The notes: generated from the sequence alone by a model not told the origin. 64,000 bases of DNA from an uncultured Salinisphaerales bacterium (GCA_913055805.1 CAJXLF010000006.1:1735-65734); one strand, 5' to 3'; numbered from the stretch's first letter, positions 1-9,997 are shown. Numbers and translations are program-made.

Positions 1-96
1 GGCTTCCAGCAGGGCGAATTCGCGCGCATGCGCGAAATCGCATCCAGCGACGCCGCTTACTTCGACACGTCGGTCTCACCGGCTATTTTGCCCTAG
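1..96 (+). CDS. 3' end of an unidentified protein (partial, runs off the left edge)
   Basis: The frame is open from position 1 and ends at TAG 94-96. Third codon positions are strongly G/C-biased. The 31 aa contain no recognisable motif. Confidence 0.3.
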   Translation, partial: GFQQGEFARMREIASSDAAYFDTSVSPAILP

Positions 97-198
97 ATTC
101 GCGCCGCTTCTGTTTGGACCAGGCGAACCCAATGTCTGTTTGAATCGTCCTGGGGGTTTCGACGGCTCGATGGCGGGCGATCCGACGGGTGTTGACCC

Positions 199-1983
199 TT
201 ACTGCACCTGACCGCCGGGTGAGGACCGGGTAGCGAGAATGGAGATGAGGGCGTCGCTCAGTGCGCGCATGGGATCGGCAGCCATGGTCAGACTCCGCCA
301 CCCGACATGCTGATCGGGCCTCACGATGATGGCGCCCGAGCTTTCGATCTCGCTGACGGCAGCCCATTGCCCTTCGTCGGCATAGGCGTCACCGCTGCCG
401 ATCTTGACCGCGACAAGCGGCACGTTGACTTGCGCTGCCACCGCTTCGGCGGCCTGCAGCCAGGCATCGCCACCGTCTCCGGTAATGAGCACGTAGGTTC
501 CCGGTCGCACCAGGTCCAGCGTGGACAGCCGCTCGTTGGAGCGCGTGAGCCATGCGTGCGGGAGGCGGTGACCGGGCCGGGTGCTCGGCCGGTAGTCGGT
601 GCCGAAGGGATCGCGCGGCGGTGCCTCGGCGCCATCCGGGACCAACGCACCTTGCGCATAGGCGAACCCGATGTCGATGTCCTGGGTATGAAACTCAATA
701 CGCTGGGTATGGATCACCTCTGCCACGCGCGCGCGCAGTGACGCCCCCATCCGCGTGGGAGCGAAATAGGCCTCCATCGCTGCCATATTCATCTCTGGTG
801 ATGCGTCGGGCACAAGGTTCATGGCGGCGTCGATCACCTGAAGGTTCATCGCTGTAGAAAGCGCCCAGTCGCAATTGTCGATGGCGACGGGAAGCCGCTC
901 GGCTTCATAACTGTCGAGCAAGGACTCGTCCGCCTGCCCCTTGAGGACGGCTGCGAGCTTCCAGCACAGATTGTGCGCGTCCTGGATGCCGCCGTTCAGG
1001 CCGAGGCCGGTCGTCGGGGGATGCCGATGCACCGCGTCGCCAACCAGCAGAATGGCGCCCTCGCGCACCCGCTCGGCATGGATGCGGTCCACCGACCATC
1101 GACTGATCTGTAATACCTTGAGATCAAGGTCAGGCAGCTTGCAAATCGCACGGATGCGCTCCGCCGCAGCCTGTTCGTCGAGTTGATCAGGGTCGTCGGG
1201 ACGAAGAGCGAAATGCACCACCCATTCTTCCGAATGGCGATCCCAGGACGGACCCGTCTTGACCAGGGCCCCACTCGCCCAGAAGCCTTCGCCATCAGCG
1301 TTTAGCAAGCGAATGTGGATCGTATCGTCGGGCACATGGGCTGACAGGTCGGCCATGATGTGGACTGCGATAACCTTCACCAGCCCGGTGGGGCCGAGCA
1401 TCTGTATGCCCAGGCGCGGGCCAATGGTGCGGCCAGCGTCCGCGGCGATCATATAGCTTGCGCGCACTCTAAACGTTTCATCATTCACCCGGTCGCGTAT
1501 CACGGCCTCGACGCCCTCGCCGGTCTGGCTCCAGTCGACCAGCTCGTGGCTGAAGCGCACGGCGCCGGGCGACCGCGTCTCGGCGGCGTCTCGCAGCAGC
1601 GGCTCCAGACGTATTTGCGGATAGTTGGTCACCATCACCGGGCTATTCCGCCGCAGACGTGCCTGATAGTCCTCATCAAGCCAGTCGAAGGCATGGATCT
1701 CGCGCCGGTCCAGGGGGCCATCGCCACCCAATGACGTCCACCACCTCGCAAGGCGGAGATCAGCCGGCGAAGCGCCGACCGCATAGAGCGCGTCTGCCAA
1801 ACCATGGGCCCGGAAGATCTCCATCGTCCGCTGATTCAAATAGTGCGCCTTGGGAACGTGCGAGGTGCTCCCGTGACGCTCGACCAGCAAATGTTCAATG
1901 CCCAGATCAGCGAGAAAAATGGACGCGCTCAATCCGCTTCCACCACCGCCGACAATCAACACCGGCACGTTCACATCCTGCAT
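199..1983 (-). CDS. FAD-dependent aromatic-ring monooxygenase (PheA/TfdB phenol-hydroxylase type)
   Basis: ORF 199..2010, with the start moved to ATG 1983, which has an AGGAGAG SD just upstream. It has a Rossmann VLIVGGGGSGLS and GDAVHRHPPTTGLGLNGGIQDAHNLCWKL. The roughly 590-aa length fits the class with a C-terminal thioredoxin-like domain. Confidence 0.85.
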   Translation of the reverse strand: MQDVNVPVLIVGGGGSGLSASIFLADLGIEHLLVERHGSTSHVPKAHYLNQRTMEIFRAHGLADALYAVGASPADLRLARWWTSLGGDGPLDRREIHAFDWLDEDYQARLRRNSPVMVTNYPQIRLEPLLRDAAETRSPGAVRFSHELVDWSQTGEGVEAVIRDRVNDETFRVRASYMIAADAGRTIGPRLGIQMLGPTGLVKVIAVHIMADLSAHVPDDTIHIRLLNADGEGFWASGALVKTGPSWDRHSEEWVVHFALRPDDPDQLDEQAAAERIRAICKLPDLDLKVLQISRWSVDRIHAERVREGAILLVGDAVHRHPPTTGLGLNGGIQDAHNLCWKLAAVLKGQADESLLDSYEAERLPVAIDNCDWALSTAMNLQVIDAAMNLVPDASPEMNMAAMEAYFAPTRMGASLRARVAEVIHTQRIEFHTQDIDIGFAYAQGALVPDGAEAPPRDPFGTDYRPSTRPGHRLPHAWLTRSNERLSTLDLVRPGTYVLITGDGGDAWLQAAEAVAAQVNVPLVAVKIGSGDAYADEGQWAAVSEIESSGAIIVRPDQHVGWRSLTMAADPMRALSDALISILATRSSPGGQVQ

Positions 1984-2042
1984 TCTCACTCTCCTGTCAC
2001 ACCAAGCCACGCCCCGAGACCCATACCGGGTAGATTACAGTC

Positions 2043-2064
2043 ATAATGACGTATTCGTCAATTT
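2043..2064. promoter_or_regulatory. Candidate TetR-type operator O1 (ATAATGAC-N6-GTCAATTT) overlapping a minus-strand promoter
   Basis: A dyad sits about 60 nt upstream of the monooxygenase start. Read on the minus strand, there is a TTGACG -35 (plus 2056-2061), a 16-nt spacer and a TGTAAT -10 (plus 2034-2039). Confidence 0.45.
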
Positions 2065-2193
2065 GTAAGCCAGAAAAGGCCCCAAGACGCCTGGATCGGA
2101 ACCATCCGTTGCCCGAAACTGCCCACGCGCGCGTTCAACTTCGAGCCAATCGAACAGCAGGAATGCCGGATCACGACGGGTCGAACAGCTCGC

Positions 2194-2610
2194 TCACGCC
2201 GGCTCCTCCGCGCGGATAACCACCGACGCATGCATTTTTGCGATTTTGGGCCCGTCCTGCGTCGAGACGATCGTCGCGCGAACGTCTGCGATCACATGCG
2301 GCACGCCACTGGGATAAGGGCTGGCTTCCCCATCCCGGGCAATACGCCCGAATGCCGCGAGCAGGAAGAAGACCTCCCGGGCATCGTCACCGTCCTCCAT
2401 GGCGAGGTTCGATATGAAATGGCGGACGACAAGCTTGGTCGGGCGTTGCTCGAGCGCCTTGGCCACAGCGGCGCGCCCATCGCAAGCGGCGCCGGCGCGC
2501 CATTCGACGTCTTCGGTCAGCAAGTCCAGCATCACTGGATAGTCGCGGCGGTCGAGTGCGTTCCAGTAGCCGTAGATCACCTTTTGAACAGCATCATAGT
2601 CGAGGGTCAT
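2194..2610 (-). CDS. SnoaL-like / NTF2-fold protein
   Basis: ORF 2194..2688, trimmed to ATG 2610 (MTLDYDAVQKVIYGYWNALDRRDY...LLTEDVEW). This is a typical SnoaL_4/NTF2 N-terminal pattern. It lies immediately downstream of the oxidoreductase gene. Confidence 0.7.
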   Translation of the reverse strand: MTLDYDAVQKVIYGYWNALDRRDYPVMLDLLTEDVEWRAGAACDGRAAVAKALEQRPTKLVVRHFISNLAMEDGDDAREVFFLLAAFGRIARDGEASPYPSGVPHVIADVRATIVSTQDGPKIAKMHASVVIRAEEPA

Positions 2611-2641
2611 GGTCGATCCTTTCCGGGTTGGATTGTGGGCT

Positions 2642-5600
2642 TCAGGCCGCCGAAGCAGTGTCCGCGGGCTGGCGCTCGAATCGCGCAATGCGATCGGTAA
2701 CGGCGCGGCGATAAGCGACGACCGCCTTGTCTTTCACGTAACCGAAACCGCGGACTTCCAGAGCAAGGCTGGCTATTGCGACCGCTTCATCGAGCGTTTC
2801 TCGGGACAGGTGGAGGATCAGACGATCGAGCAGCGCTTCATATTCCTCGATCAGCGCCCGCTCGGTCCGGCGCTCGGCTGTGTAGCCAAAGATGTCGAGT
2901 CGTGTTCCGCGAAGAAATCTTAAACTCGCGAGAAGACGGAAAACGGGTATCACCCATGCGCCGAACTGCCGTTTGCGCGGGTGACCGGTGACAGGGTCGC
3001 GCCGCGACAGAATCGGTGGGGCCATATGGAATTTGAGCCTGGCCGCGCCTCCGAATTGCGTCTTGAGCTCTCGGGCGAACCGCCCGTCCGTGTAGAGCCG
3101 CGCAACCTCATATTCGTCTTTGTAGGCCATGAGTTTGGACAGAGAGCGAACGACAGCTTCGGTGAATGCCTGGCTCCCAAGCCTGGCTTCGGCCTGCCGC
3201 GCCCTGGTCACAGCACGGAGAAAGCGCTTCGCCCAGCGTGCATTCTGATACGCCTCGAGGAAGCGTGCGCGACTTTCGATCAGCGTGTCGAGGGATTCCG
3301 GTTCGGGGGTCGCCAGCCCCGCGGCCTGATAGACGGCATTCGGATCAACCACGAGCCTGCGGCCCCATGCAAGGGCCTGACGATTCATTTCGACCGCCTG
3401 GCCGTTCAGCGTGATTGCCTGTTCGATACCCGAGTGATCGAGCGAGATCCAGCCCTTCTGCCAGGCCGCGCCCAACATCATCAGGTTCGCGCCGATCGCA
3501 TCTCCGAAAATCCCTTCCGAAAGGCGGGTGAATGGAAAGGCGAGAAAACCCTCCGACCCTGAGCGTTCAGCGAGCCGCCGGGCCAGCATGCTGTGACTGA
3601 CGATGGCGTTGCGGTCGCGCGTAAAATCGCCGGTAATCGCGACGTCGGCGTTGGCGACGACGCGCGTCCGGCCGGGCGCAATAGCACTCATCACATCCTT
3701 GCCGTTGCCGACGATCTGATCGCAGGCGAAGATCAGGTCGGCGCTCTCGGCCGGATGACGCAACGCCCCGATAGCGCCTTCGGTAATATGGACGTGGCTC
3801 GTGACGGCGCCGCCCTTCTGTGCCAGCCCGACCTGATCGAGCACGCCCGCCTTGCGCCCGCTGATATGCGCCGCCATCGACAAGATCGCGCCGATCGTCA
3901 CGACACCGGTACCGCCGATGCCCGCGATCAGGATGCGCTCATGCGCCGCGGCCGGCGTTGACGGCCGATCCGGCAATGGGACTCCTGTCTCGGGATTACG
4001 CGCCCGGCGCGGCGTGCCACCCTCCACCGTCACGAAACTGGGACAAAAGCCGTCGAGACAGCTCATATCCTTGTTGCAACTCGACTGATTGATCCGTCGC
4101 TTGGTCCCGAAAGCAGTCTCGATGGGTTCGATCGACAAGCAGTTGGACTTGATCGAACAGTCGCCGCAGCCTTCACAGACACGCTCGTTGATGAAAACGC
4201 GGGCGGAGGGCTCGGCAATCCTGCCGCGCTTGCGCAGGCGTCGCTTTTCCGTCGCGCACATCTGCTCGTAGACGATCACGCTGACGCCGCTCGTCTCCCG
4301 AAGCGCCAACTGGATCGCTTCCAACTCGTCGCGATGTCCCACCTGCGCGAGCTTGCGCACCTGGCCGCCGGACCCGTATTGATCGGGATCGTCGGACAGA
4401 ACGACCAGCTGGCTGACGCCCTCTGCACGCAGCTGCTCAACCAACCTCTCGACCGACAACTCGCCGTCAACCTGCTGCCCCCCGGTCATGGCGATGGCGC
4501 TGTTGTAGAGCAGCTTGTAGGTCATCGTAAGGTTGGCGGCGAGCGCTTGCCGTATCGCCAGGATGCCGGAATGGAAATAGGTGCCATCGCCGATATTGGC
4601 GAACACATGTCGTTCGTCAGTGAAGGGAGAAAGCCCCATCCAGTGGATGCCTTCCCCACCCATCTGCGTCCAGGAGCCGGTGTTCGGCATGAACATGGCT
4701 GCCAGGCCGTGGCAGCCGATGCCGCCCGACGCGCGGCTGCCGTCGGGTACAACAGTCGACCGGTTATGCGGACAACCCGAGCAGAAATGGGGACGCCGCA
4801 ACGCGGGCGGCGCGGCAAGCCTCGCCTGCTCTTCAAGCATGTAGCCGAGCGCCGGAAGGCGTGCAGCAACCTTCTGCGTGCCGGTTTCGCCGACGATCAG
4901 CTCACCCAGCACAACAGCGATGCGCTCTGGCGTCAGTTCGCCTTCCGCCGCCAGCAGCGGCGCACCGCTTGCGTCGGTCTTCCCCTGCACCACCGGAGCG
5001 CCGGCACGACCATAGAGCAAAGTCTTAATCTGGGTCTCGATCAACGGTCCCTTTTCCTCAACAACGAGCATCGTGGAAAGACCATTGGCAAAATCAGCGA
5101 GACCCTCGGGCTCGACCGGCCAGATCATCGCGAGCTTGTAGAGCGTAACGCCCAACGATCGCAGTTCCGCCTCATCCAACCCCAGCAGGCGCAGCGCTTC
5201 CAGCACGTCGAGCCAGGACTTTCCTGACGAGACGATACCGATGCGGCTGGCAGCGTTCTTGTGATGGCTCTGGTCAAGACGGTTGGCACGGGCATAGGCC
5301 AGTACCGCCGGAAGGCGATAACGCCGTAGCCGCGTTTCCATCGCAAGCGGTGAGTCGGGCCAGCGGACATGCAGGCCATCGGGCGGCACATCGATGTCGG
5401 GCAGCACGATCTCTGCCCCGATCTCGTCAGCCTCGATCGAAGCCGTGCCATCGGCGACATCGGTAACTATCTTCAGGGCCGACCAGGATCCGGTATGACG
5501 CGACAGTGCGAAGCCATGCAGTCCGTAGAGAACGATCTCGCGGGCATCTGACGGGTAGAACAAGGGGAGTTGCAGGCTGGCGCAAACCTCCTCGCTATGA

Positions 5601-6082
5601 ACTGCCAACGTGGATGATTTCGCGATATGGTCGTCGCCCACGGCAAGCACGACGCCGCCAACGGGTGAACTACCTGCCATGTTGCCGTGGCGAATGGCAT
5701 CGGCGGCCCGATCGAGGCCTGGCCCCTTGCCATACCATAGGGAGAAGACTCCGCCCACTCTCGCCCCCGGCGTCTGGGTAATCTGCTGGGTTCCGGCGAT
5801 CGCGGTTGCGGCCAACTCCTCGTTGACCGCCGGTTGCACGACAATATTGCGCTCGACCGTCAACGCGGATGCGCCGGAAAAGGCCATGTCGAGCGTGCCC
5901 AGAGGCGACCCGCGATATCCGGACACCCACCCGCCGGTGACCAGGCCGGCCGCCTTGTCGCGGTCAGCCTGCACAAGCATCAGGCGCACAAGCGCCTGCA
6001 CGCCTGTCAACACCACGCGACCCGAACGATGCAGGTAGCGGTCCTGTAATGTAATCGCTGGCGAGGCCTGGGCAGTGGTCAT
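2642..6082 (-). CDS. Indolepyruvate ferredoxin oxidoreductase family protein (fused IorA/IorB-type 2-oxoacid:ferredoxin oxidoreductase)
   Basis: 1146 aa. The N-terminus reads TLQDRYL..GVQALVRL..GYRGSPLG. It has the TPP motif NIGDGTYFHSG and the Cys cluster CEGCGDCSIKSNC. Confidence 0.85.
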   Translation of the reverse strand: MTTAQASPAITLQDRYLHRSGRVVLTGVQALVRLMLVQADRDKAAGLVTGGWVSGYRGSPLGTLDMAFSGASALTVERNIVVQPAVNEELAATAIAGTQQITQTPGARVGGVFSLWYGKGPGLDRAADAIRHGNMAGSSPVGGVVLAVGDDHIAKSSTLAVHSEEVCASLQLPLFYPSDAREIVLYGLHGFALSRHTGSWSALKIVTDVADGTASIEADEIGAEIVLPDIDVPPDGLHVRWPDSPLAMETRLRRYRLPAVLAYARANRLDQSHHKNAASRIGIVSSGKSWLDVLEALRLLGLDEAELRSLGVTLYKLAMIWPVEPEGLADFANGLSTMLVVEEKGPLIETQIKTLLYGRAGAPVVQGKTDASGAPLLAAEGELTPERIAVVLGELIVGETGTQKVAARLPALGYMLEEQARLAAPPALRRPHFCSGCPHNRSTVVPDGSRASGGIGCHGLAAMFMPNTGSWTQMGGEGIHWMGLSPFTDERHVFANIGDGTYFHSGILAIRQALAANLTMTYKLLYNSAIAMTGGQQVDGELSVERLVEQLRAEGVSQLVVLSDDPDQYGSGGQVRKLAQVGHRDELEAIQLALRETSGVSVIVYEQMCATEKRRLRKRGRIAEPSARVFINERVCEGCGDCSIKSNCLSIEPIETAFGTKRRINQSSCNKDMSCLDGFCPSFVTVEGGTPRRARNPETGVPLPDRPSTPAAAHERILIAGIGGTGVVTIGAILSMAAHISGRKAGVLDQVGLAQKGGAVTSHVHITEGAIGALRHPAESADLIFACDQIVGNGKDVMSAIAPGRTRVVANADVAITGDFTRDRNAIVSHSMLARRLAERSGSEGFLAFPFTRLSEGIFGDAIGANLMMLGAAWQKGWISLDHSGIEQAITLNGQAVEMNRQALAWGRRLVVDPNAVYQAAGLATPEPESLDTLIESRARFLEAYQNARWAKRFLRAVTRARQAEARLGSQAFTEAVVRSLSKLMAYKDEYEVARLYTDGRFARELKTQFGGAARLKFHMAPPILSRRDPVTGHPRKRQFGAWVIPVFRLLASLRFLRGTRLDIFGYTAERRTERALIEEYEALLDRLILHLSRETLDEAVAIASLALEVRGFGYVKDKAVVAYRRAVTDRIARFERQPADTASAA

Positions 6083-6158
6083 TTCTGATTTCGACTGTCT
6101 TGACGGTGCGCCACGGAGCTACTGTGGCTTCATGGTCAGCAACGCTTAATCAAATGTA

Positions 6159-6180
6159 ATAATGACGGTACTGTCATTAT
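6159..6180. promoter_or_regulatory. Candidate TetR-type operator O2 (ATAATGAC-GGTACT-GTCATTAT, perfect 8-bp arms)
   Basis: It lies between the divergent oxidoreductase (start 6082) and tetR genes. The minus strand reads GCTTGACC (-35, plus 6188-6195), a 17-nt spacer and TACCGT. The dyad covers the spacer and the -10. Confidence 0.5.
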
Positions 6181-6478
6181 GTATAAAGGTCAAGCATGAA
6201 GACCTTCTCGCTCCAGACCTTGCGGTCTGGTTCAATACGCTTGATCAGGAATTCTCCAATGAAGCGGCACTCAAGCCGGCCTCGCCATCCGCCCGTCAGC
6301 GCGCCGCCTCTTCATCCAGCAGCTGCATTCGAAGCTTGTCGCCGCTTCCGTAATCGCGCATTGCGAAATCTGCGCAACACTTTCGTCATTATTATGTTGC
6401 AGGGATGATATGCTTTTGAGCTTGTACGCACCTGCGGCGCCCGTTCACGGGTTTTGTTACTTGAGAGTCAATAGCTCG

Positions 6479-7222
6479 ATGAGAGAACGGAAAGAATCTG
6501 CCAAGCAATCCGCCACGAAGGATGATGCTGAAGAGGCCGTGAACGATTTCCGCGTCCGATCGGCACGCCGAAAGCGCGAGAAGATGCGGGCTCGCCTCAT
6601 GGAGGCAATGCTGCGGGTTTGCGCGGAACGGCAAGGGCTACCCACCGTCATCGACGAAGTCACGCAGGAGGCAAAGGTTTCCCGCGGAACCTTCTACAAC
6701 TATTTCGACTCTCTCGAGCAACTGACCGAGGCCATCGGCACGAAGCTGAGCGACGACCTGAGCGAGGAAGCGCTTCGACTCATGCCGGAAATTTCACAGG
6801 GTCTTCTTGGGACTGCCGCTGGCATACGGCTCCTCCTCTCACGAGCCGCGGTAGATCCGGTCTGGGGCTCTTTTGTCGTGCATTCGGATTTTCTCAATCC
6901 CGACACCACCGTCGGACGTCTGGCGCGCCAGAATCTGGCCGAGGGTCACGCTTCGGCGCATTTCGTGTTCGCGCTTTATGAGGTGGCAATCGATGTGGTG
7001 CTGGGTTCGATTCGCGAGGGCGTTCGCCGCCTCCTGGTGGGAGGTATCGAGTCAGATCTTTACATATACCAGCTGTCGATCCACATTCTGCAGGCCCTGG
7101 GCGTACCGCATTCGGCCGCGCGCAGCGCAACCGAAGAGGTTTACACGTACTTTCTTCGGAACGCGCCAGGCCGTCTGGAATGGTGGCCATCGAGTCCAGC
7201 CCGGGCCAGTAAACGAACCTGA
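6479..7222 (+). CDS. TetR/AcrR family transcriptional regulator
   Basis: ORF 6410..7222, probable start ATG 6479 (MRERKESAK). The HTH is VIDEVTQEAKVSRGTFYNYFDSLEQL. Confidence 0.85.
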   Translation: MRERKESAKQSATKDDAEEAVNDFRVRSARRKREKMRARLMEAMLRVCAERQGLPTVIDEVTQEAKVSRGTFYNYFDSLEQLTEAIGTKLSDDLSEEALRLMPEISQGLLGTAAGIRLLLSRAAVDPVWGSFVVHSDFLNPDTTVGRLARQNLAEGHASAHFVFALYEVAIDVVLGSIREGVRRLLVGGIESDLYIYQLSIHILQALGVPHSAARSATEEVYTYFLRNAPGRLEWWPSSPARASKRT

Positions 7223-7258
7223 CCCGGGAACGGCCTCCAGGAAGGCGAAAAACCTGCG

Positions 7259-8125
7259 TTAACGTTCTTGTTCGACGGGGTTTTCGAGAAGACCAACGTC
7301 TGTGATCTCAACTTCGACGCGGTCACCCGGCTTCAGCCAAAGCGGGGGCTTTCGCGCGGCGCCGACTCCCGCCGGGGATCCGGTCGCGATAACGTCCCCG
7401 GGGTTCAGCACCGTCCAGCGAGAGCAATAGGAGATGATCGAGGCAATGTCGAAGATCATCATGTCGATACTTGCCGACTGAACGGTTTCGCCATTCACAC
7501 GGGTCGAAAGGGCTGCCTGCCCAATCAAGGGCACGTCATCCGCCGTAACAATGGATGGCCCCATTGACCCGGATCGCCAGAAATTCTTTCCTGCCGAGAC
7601 GGAGTGCTGCTGATACTCACGGACGCTTCCGTCCATGAAGCAGCTATACCCTCCGATACAGGCGGCAGCCTCCTCCCGGGACACGTGCCGCGTGGGACGG
7701 CCGATGACCACCGCCAGTTCGCCTTCATAGTCGAAGCTTGCCGACACCTTCGGACAAATCAACGCATCCTCGGGGCCGACCAGTGAATCCATTTCCCTGG
7801 TGAAGAGCGCAGGCTGGGCGGGAGCGTTTGCGGGCGCTTCCTCGACATGGTCACGCGCTTCCGCGACATGGTCGCGATAGTTCAAACCTACGCAGATGAC
7901 TTTTGCACGCGGGTCCAGCGGCAAGGCGAGGCGCACCTCCGCGCGGGGGATCCGCACGCGCGCGGCCCCCCTCGCGCGGGCCAGCGACTCACGATCCATG
8001 CCTGCCAGAAGAAACGGGGCGTCATCGGCCGCCCCATCGCGCCACTCGCCCGACAGGAACAACTCGTTGCCCTCAAGGAAGCCCTCGCCATTTCGACGAT
8101 CCTGGTTGAATTTGACAAGACGCAC
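7259..8125 (-). CDS. Fumarylacetoacetate hydrolase (FAH) family protein
   Basis: ORF 7259..8215. The start was moved to GTG 8125, which is preceded by GAGGAGG. Motifs are VICVGLNYRDH and FDYEGELAVVIG. Confidence 0.85.
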   Translation of the reverse strand: MRLVKFNQDRRNGEGFLEGNELFLSGEWRDGAADDAPFLLAGMDRESLARARGAARVRIPRAEVRLALPLDPRAKVICVGLNYRDHVAEARDHVEEAPANAPAQPALFTREMDSLVGPEDALICPKVSASFDYEGELAVVIGRPTRHVSREEAAACIGGYSCFMDGSVREYQQHSVSAGKNFWRSGSMGPSIVTADDVPLIGQAALSTRVNGETVQSASIDMMIFDIASIISYCSRWTVLNPGDVIATGSPAGVGAARKPPLWLKPGDRVEVEITDVGLLENPVEQER

Positions 8126-8181
8126 TGTTCGTCCTCCTCGTGGCTCCCGCAGATGGCGAAATGTTACTTGAAGTTTACACA

Positions 8182-8201
8182 CATTGACAGTAATGTCATT
8201 T
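8182..8201. promoter_or_regulatory. Candidate TetR-type operator O3 (CATTGAC-AGTAAT-GTCATTT)
   Basis: It has the same architecture as O2. The minus strand reads GCTTGACC (plus 8210-8217), a 17-nt spacer and TACTGT, with AATGACA-N-TAC-N-GTCA at the same register. Confidence 0.5.
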
Positions 8202-8413
8202 CTACAAAGGGTCAAGCCTCCCGTCCCTGCGCATTGCCCGCGAGCACACAGTTTCCCCCAGAGTGAAGATTGAGATCTGGTCGCAGGCCTGGACTGAGGA
8301 AATGTTCAGCTTCCCGCGCAAACTCCCACTGTCGCAGTAGAGCGCATACGACCTGTACCCGTATCCGACGCTCGATCCAACCCCTTGGCGCCTAGCGCCC
8401 GTAGTTGGAGCGG

Positions 8414-9997
8414 TTACTCTGCCCCATCGAAGCGGGTACGAAGTTCACGTTTGAGGATCTTGCCGCTGGCGTTTTTCGGCAGCGCATCAATCAGCACAAT
8501 GCGCTTCGGTCGCTTGTAGCCGGCAAGCCGCTCACGGCAGTGCTCATTGAGCGCCTCTACCGTGAGAGGCTCGCCGGGCCGGGGCACGACCACGGCCATT
8601 ACCGCTTCGATCCAGCGCTCGTCCGGGATGCCGAACACCGCGGCTTCCGCCACTTGTGGATGGGCAAACAGCGTCTCCTCGACTTCCCGGCTGGCGACGT
8701 TCTCGCCGCCGGATTTGATCATGTCCTTTTTGCGGTCGACCACGTAGAGATAACCGTCCTCGTCGAAGCGCCCCAGGTCACCGCTGTGGAACCAGCCGTT
8801 GCGGAACGCCTCCGCCGTCTTGGCTTCATCCTCGAAGTAGCCCAGCATGGCCTGCGGGCTCCGGTGGACGATCTCACCGACCTCGCCCACCGGCACATCG
8901 TTGTCATCGTCGTCAACCACGCGTGTTTCGACGTTGACCGCGGGAACACCGGCTGAACCCAGCTTGCGCAGCTGGTCCTGGGGCTTGAGCACCGTGGCCA
9001 TCGGCGCCATCTCGGTCTGGCCGTAGAAGTTCCACAGCCGCAGGCCGGGCAGGCGTTGCAGCAGTTCCTCGATCACCGCCGTCGGCATGATCGAGGCGCC
9101 GTAGTAACCCTTGACGAGTGACGACAGGTCGCGTTTGTCGAAATCGGGATGCCGCAGCAGCGAAATCCAGACCGTGGGCGGGCAGAACAGCTTCGTGACC
9201 CGTTCCGACTCGATGGTTTCCAGGATTTTCCCGGGATCCGGCGCGCGCAGCAGGATGCTGGTGGCGCCAAGATAGAAATCCACGCTCAGGAAGCAATCCA
9301 GTTGCGCGCAGTGATAAAGCGGCAGGCAGTGGAGCTCAACGTCGTCGGCCTCCATGCCGCCGTCCACAATACAACTGACGTACTGCGCCATGAGACAGCG
9401 CGAACTGAGCAGCGCACCCTTCGGCCGCGACTCCGTGCCGCTGGTGTACATGATCTGCACCGGGTCGTCCTCGCCCCGCCCGCTGGTCACGGGCGCATCA
9501 TCGGCATGGCCGAACCAATCGTCGGCCGCAAGCCATCCGGACGGCGGGGCAGTACCCTCATGGTGGATGTATGCCCTCAGTTGCGGCGGCGCCTCCATCT
9601 GGCCGAAGGCTTCCTCGCAGACGCCGCACAGCGCATCCTCGGCGATGACGGCCCGTGCACCCGAGTGCTGCAGGATGTAGGCAACCTCCCCCGCATTCAG
9701 CATGAAATTCACAGGGGTGAACACCGCCCCCGCCCGAATGATGGCGAGACGCAGAATCACGAAGGCCCGGTTGTTGTGCGAAAAGACCGCCACCCTGTCG
9801 CCCTCGGCAACGCCGGCTGCCCGGAGCGCGTTGGCGGTACGATTCACCAGGCGATCGAGTTCCCGGTACGTATCCCGTTGCCCCTCGTAGATCAGGGCAA
9901 GCTTGCCGGGCGAGCGGCGTGCCTGCAAACGCAGGATATCGTCCACTTTTCGATTGCGCGCGGTGTTCATCAACGCCTGGGTTTCATGACCGAACAT
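8414..9997 (-). CDS. AMP-dependent acyl-CoA synthetase/ligase
   Basis: ORF 8414..10060, likely start MFGHETQ at 9997. It has the AMP-binding motif IMYTSGTESRPKGALL and a C-terminal GKILKRELR. Confidence 0.85.
   Translation of the reverse strand: MFGHETQALMNTARNRKVDDILRLQARRSPGKLALIYEGQRDTYRELDRLVNRTANALRAAGVAEGDRVAVFSHNNRAFVILRLAIIRAGAVFTPVNFMLNAGEVAYILQHSGARAVIAEDALCGVCEEAFGQMEAPPQLRAYIHHEGTAPPSGWLAADDWFGHADDAPVTSGRGEDDPVQIMYTSGTESRPKGALLSSRCLMAQYVSCIVDGGMEADDVELHCLPLYHCAQLDCFLSVDFYLGATSILLRAPDPGKILETIESERVTKLFCPPTVWISLLRHPDFDKRDLSSLVKGYYGASIMPTAVIEELLQRLPGLRLWNFYGQTEMAPMATVLKPQDQLRKLGSAGVPAVNVETRVVDDDDNDVPVGEVGEIVHRSPQAMLGYFEDEAKTAEAFRNGWFHSGDLGRFDEDGYLYVVDRKKDMIKSGGENVASREVEETLFAHPQVAEAAVFGIPDERWIEAVMAVVVPRPGEPLTVEALNEHCRERLAGYKRPKRIVLIDALPKNASGKILKRELRTRFDGAE

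Noticed and set aside
6162-6408. ORFs 6162..6353 and 6196..6408 in the long tetR-oxidoreductase intergenic region.
   Set aside because: They overlap each other in different frames and have no SD or motifs. They cover the operator and promoter sequences, so the region was kept as regulatory DNA.
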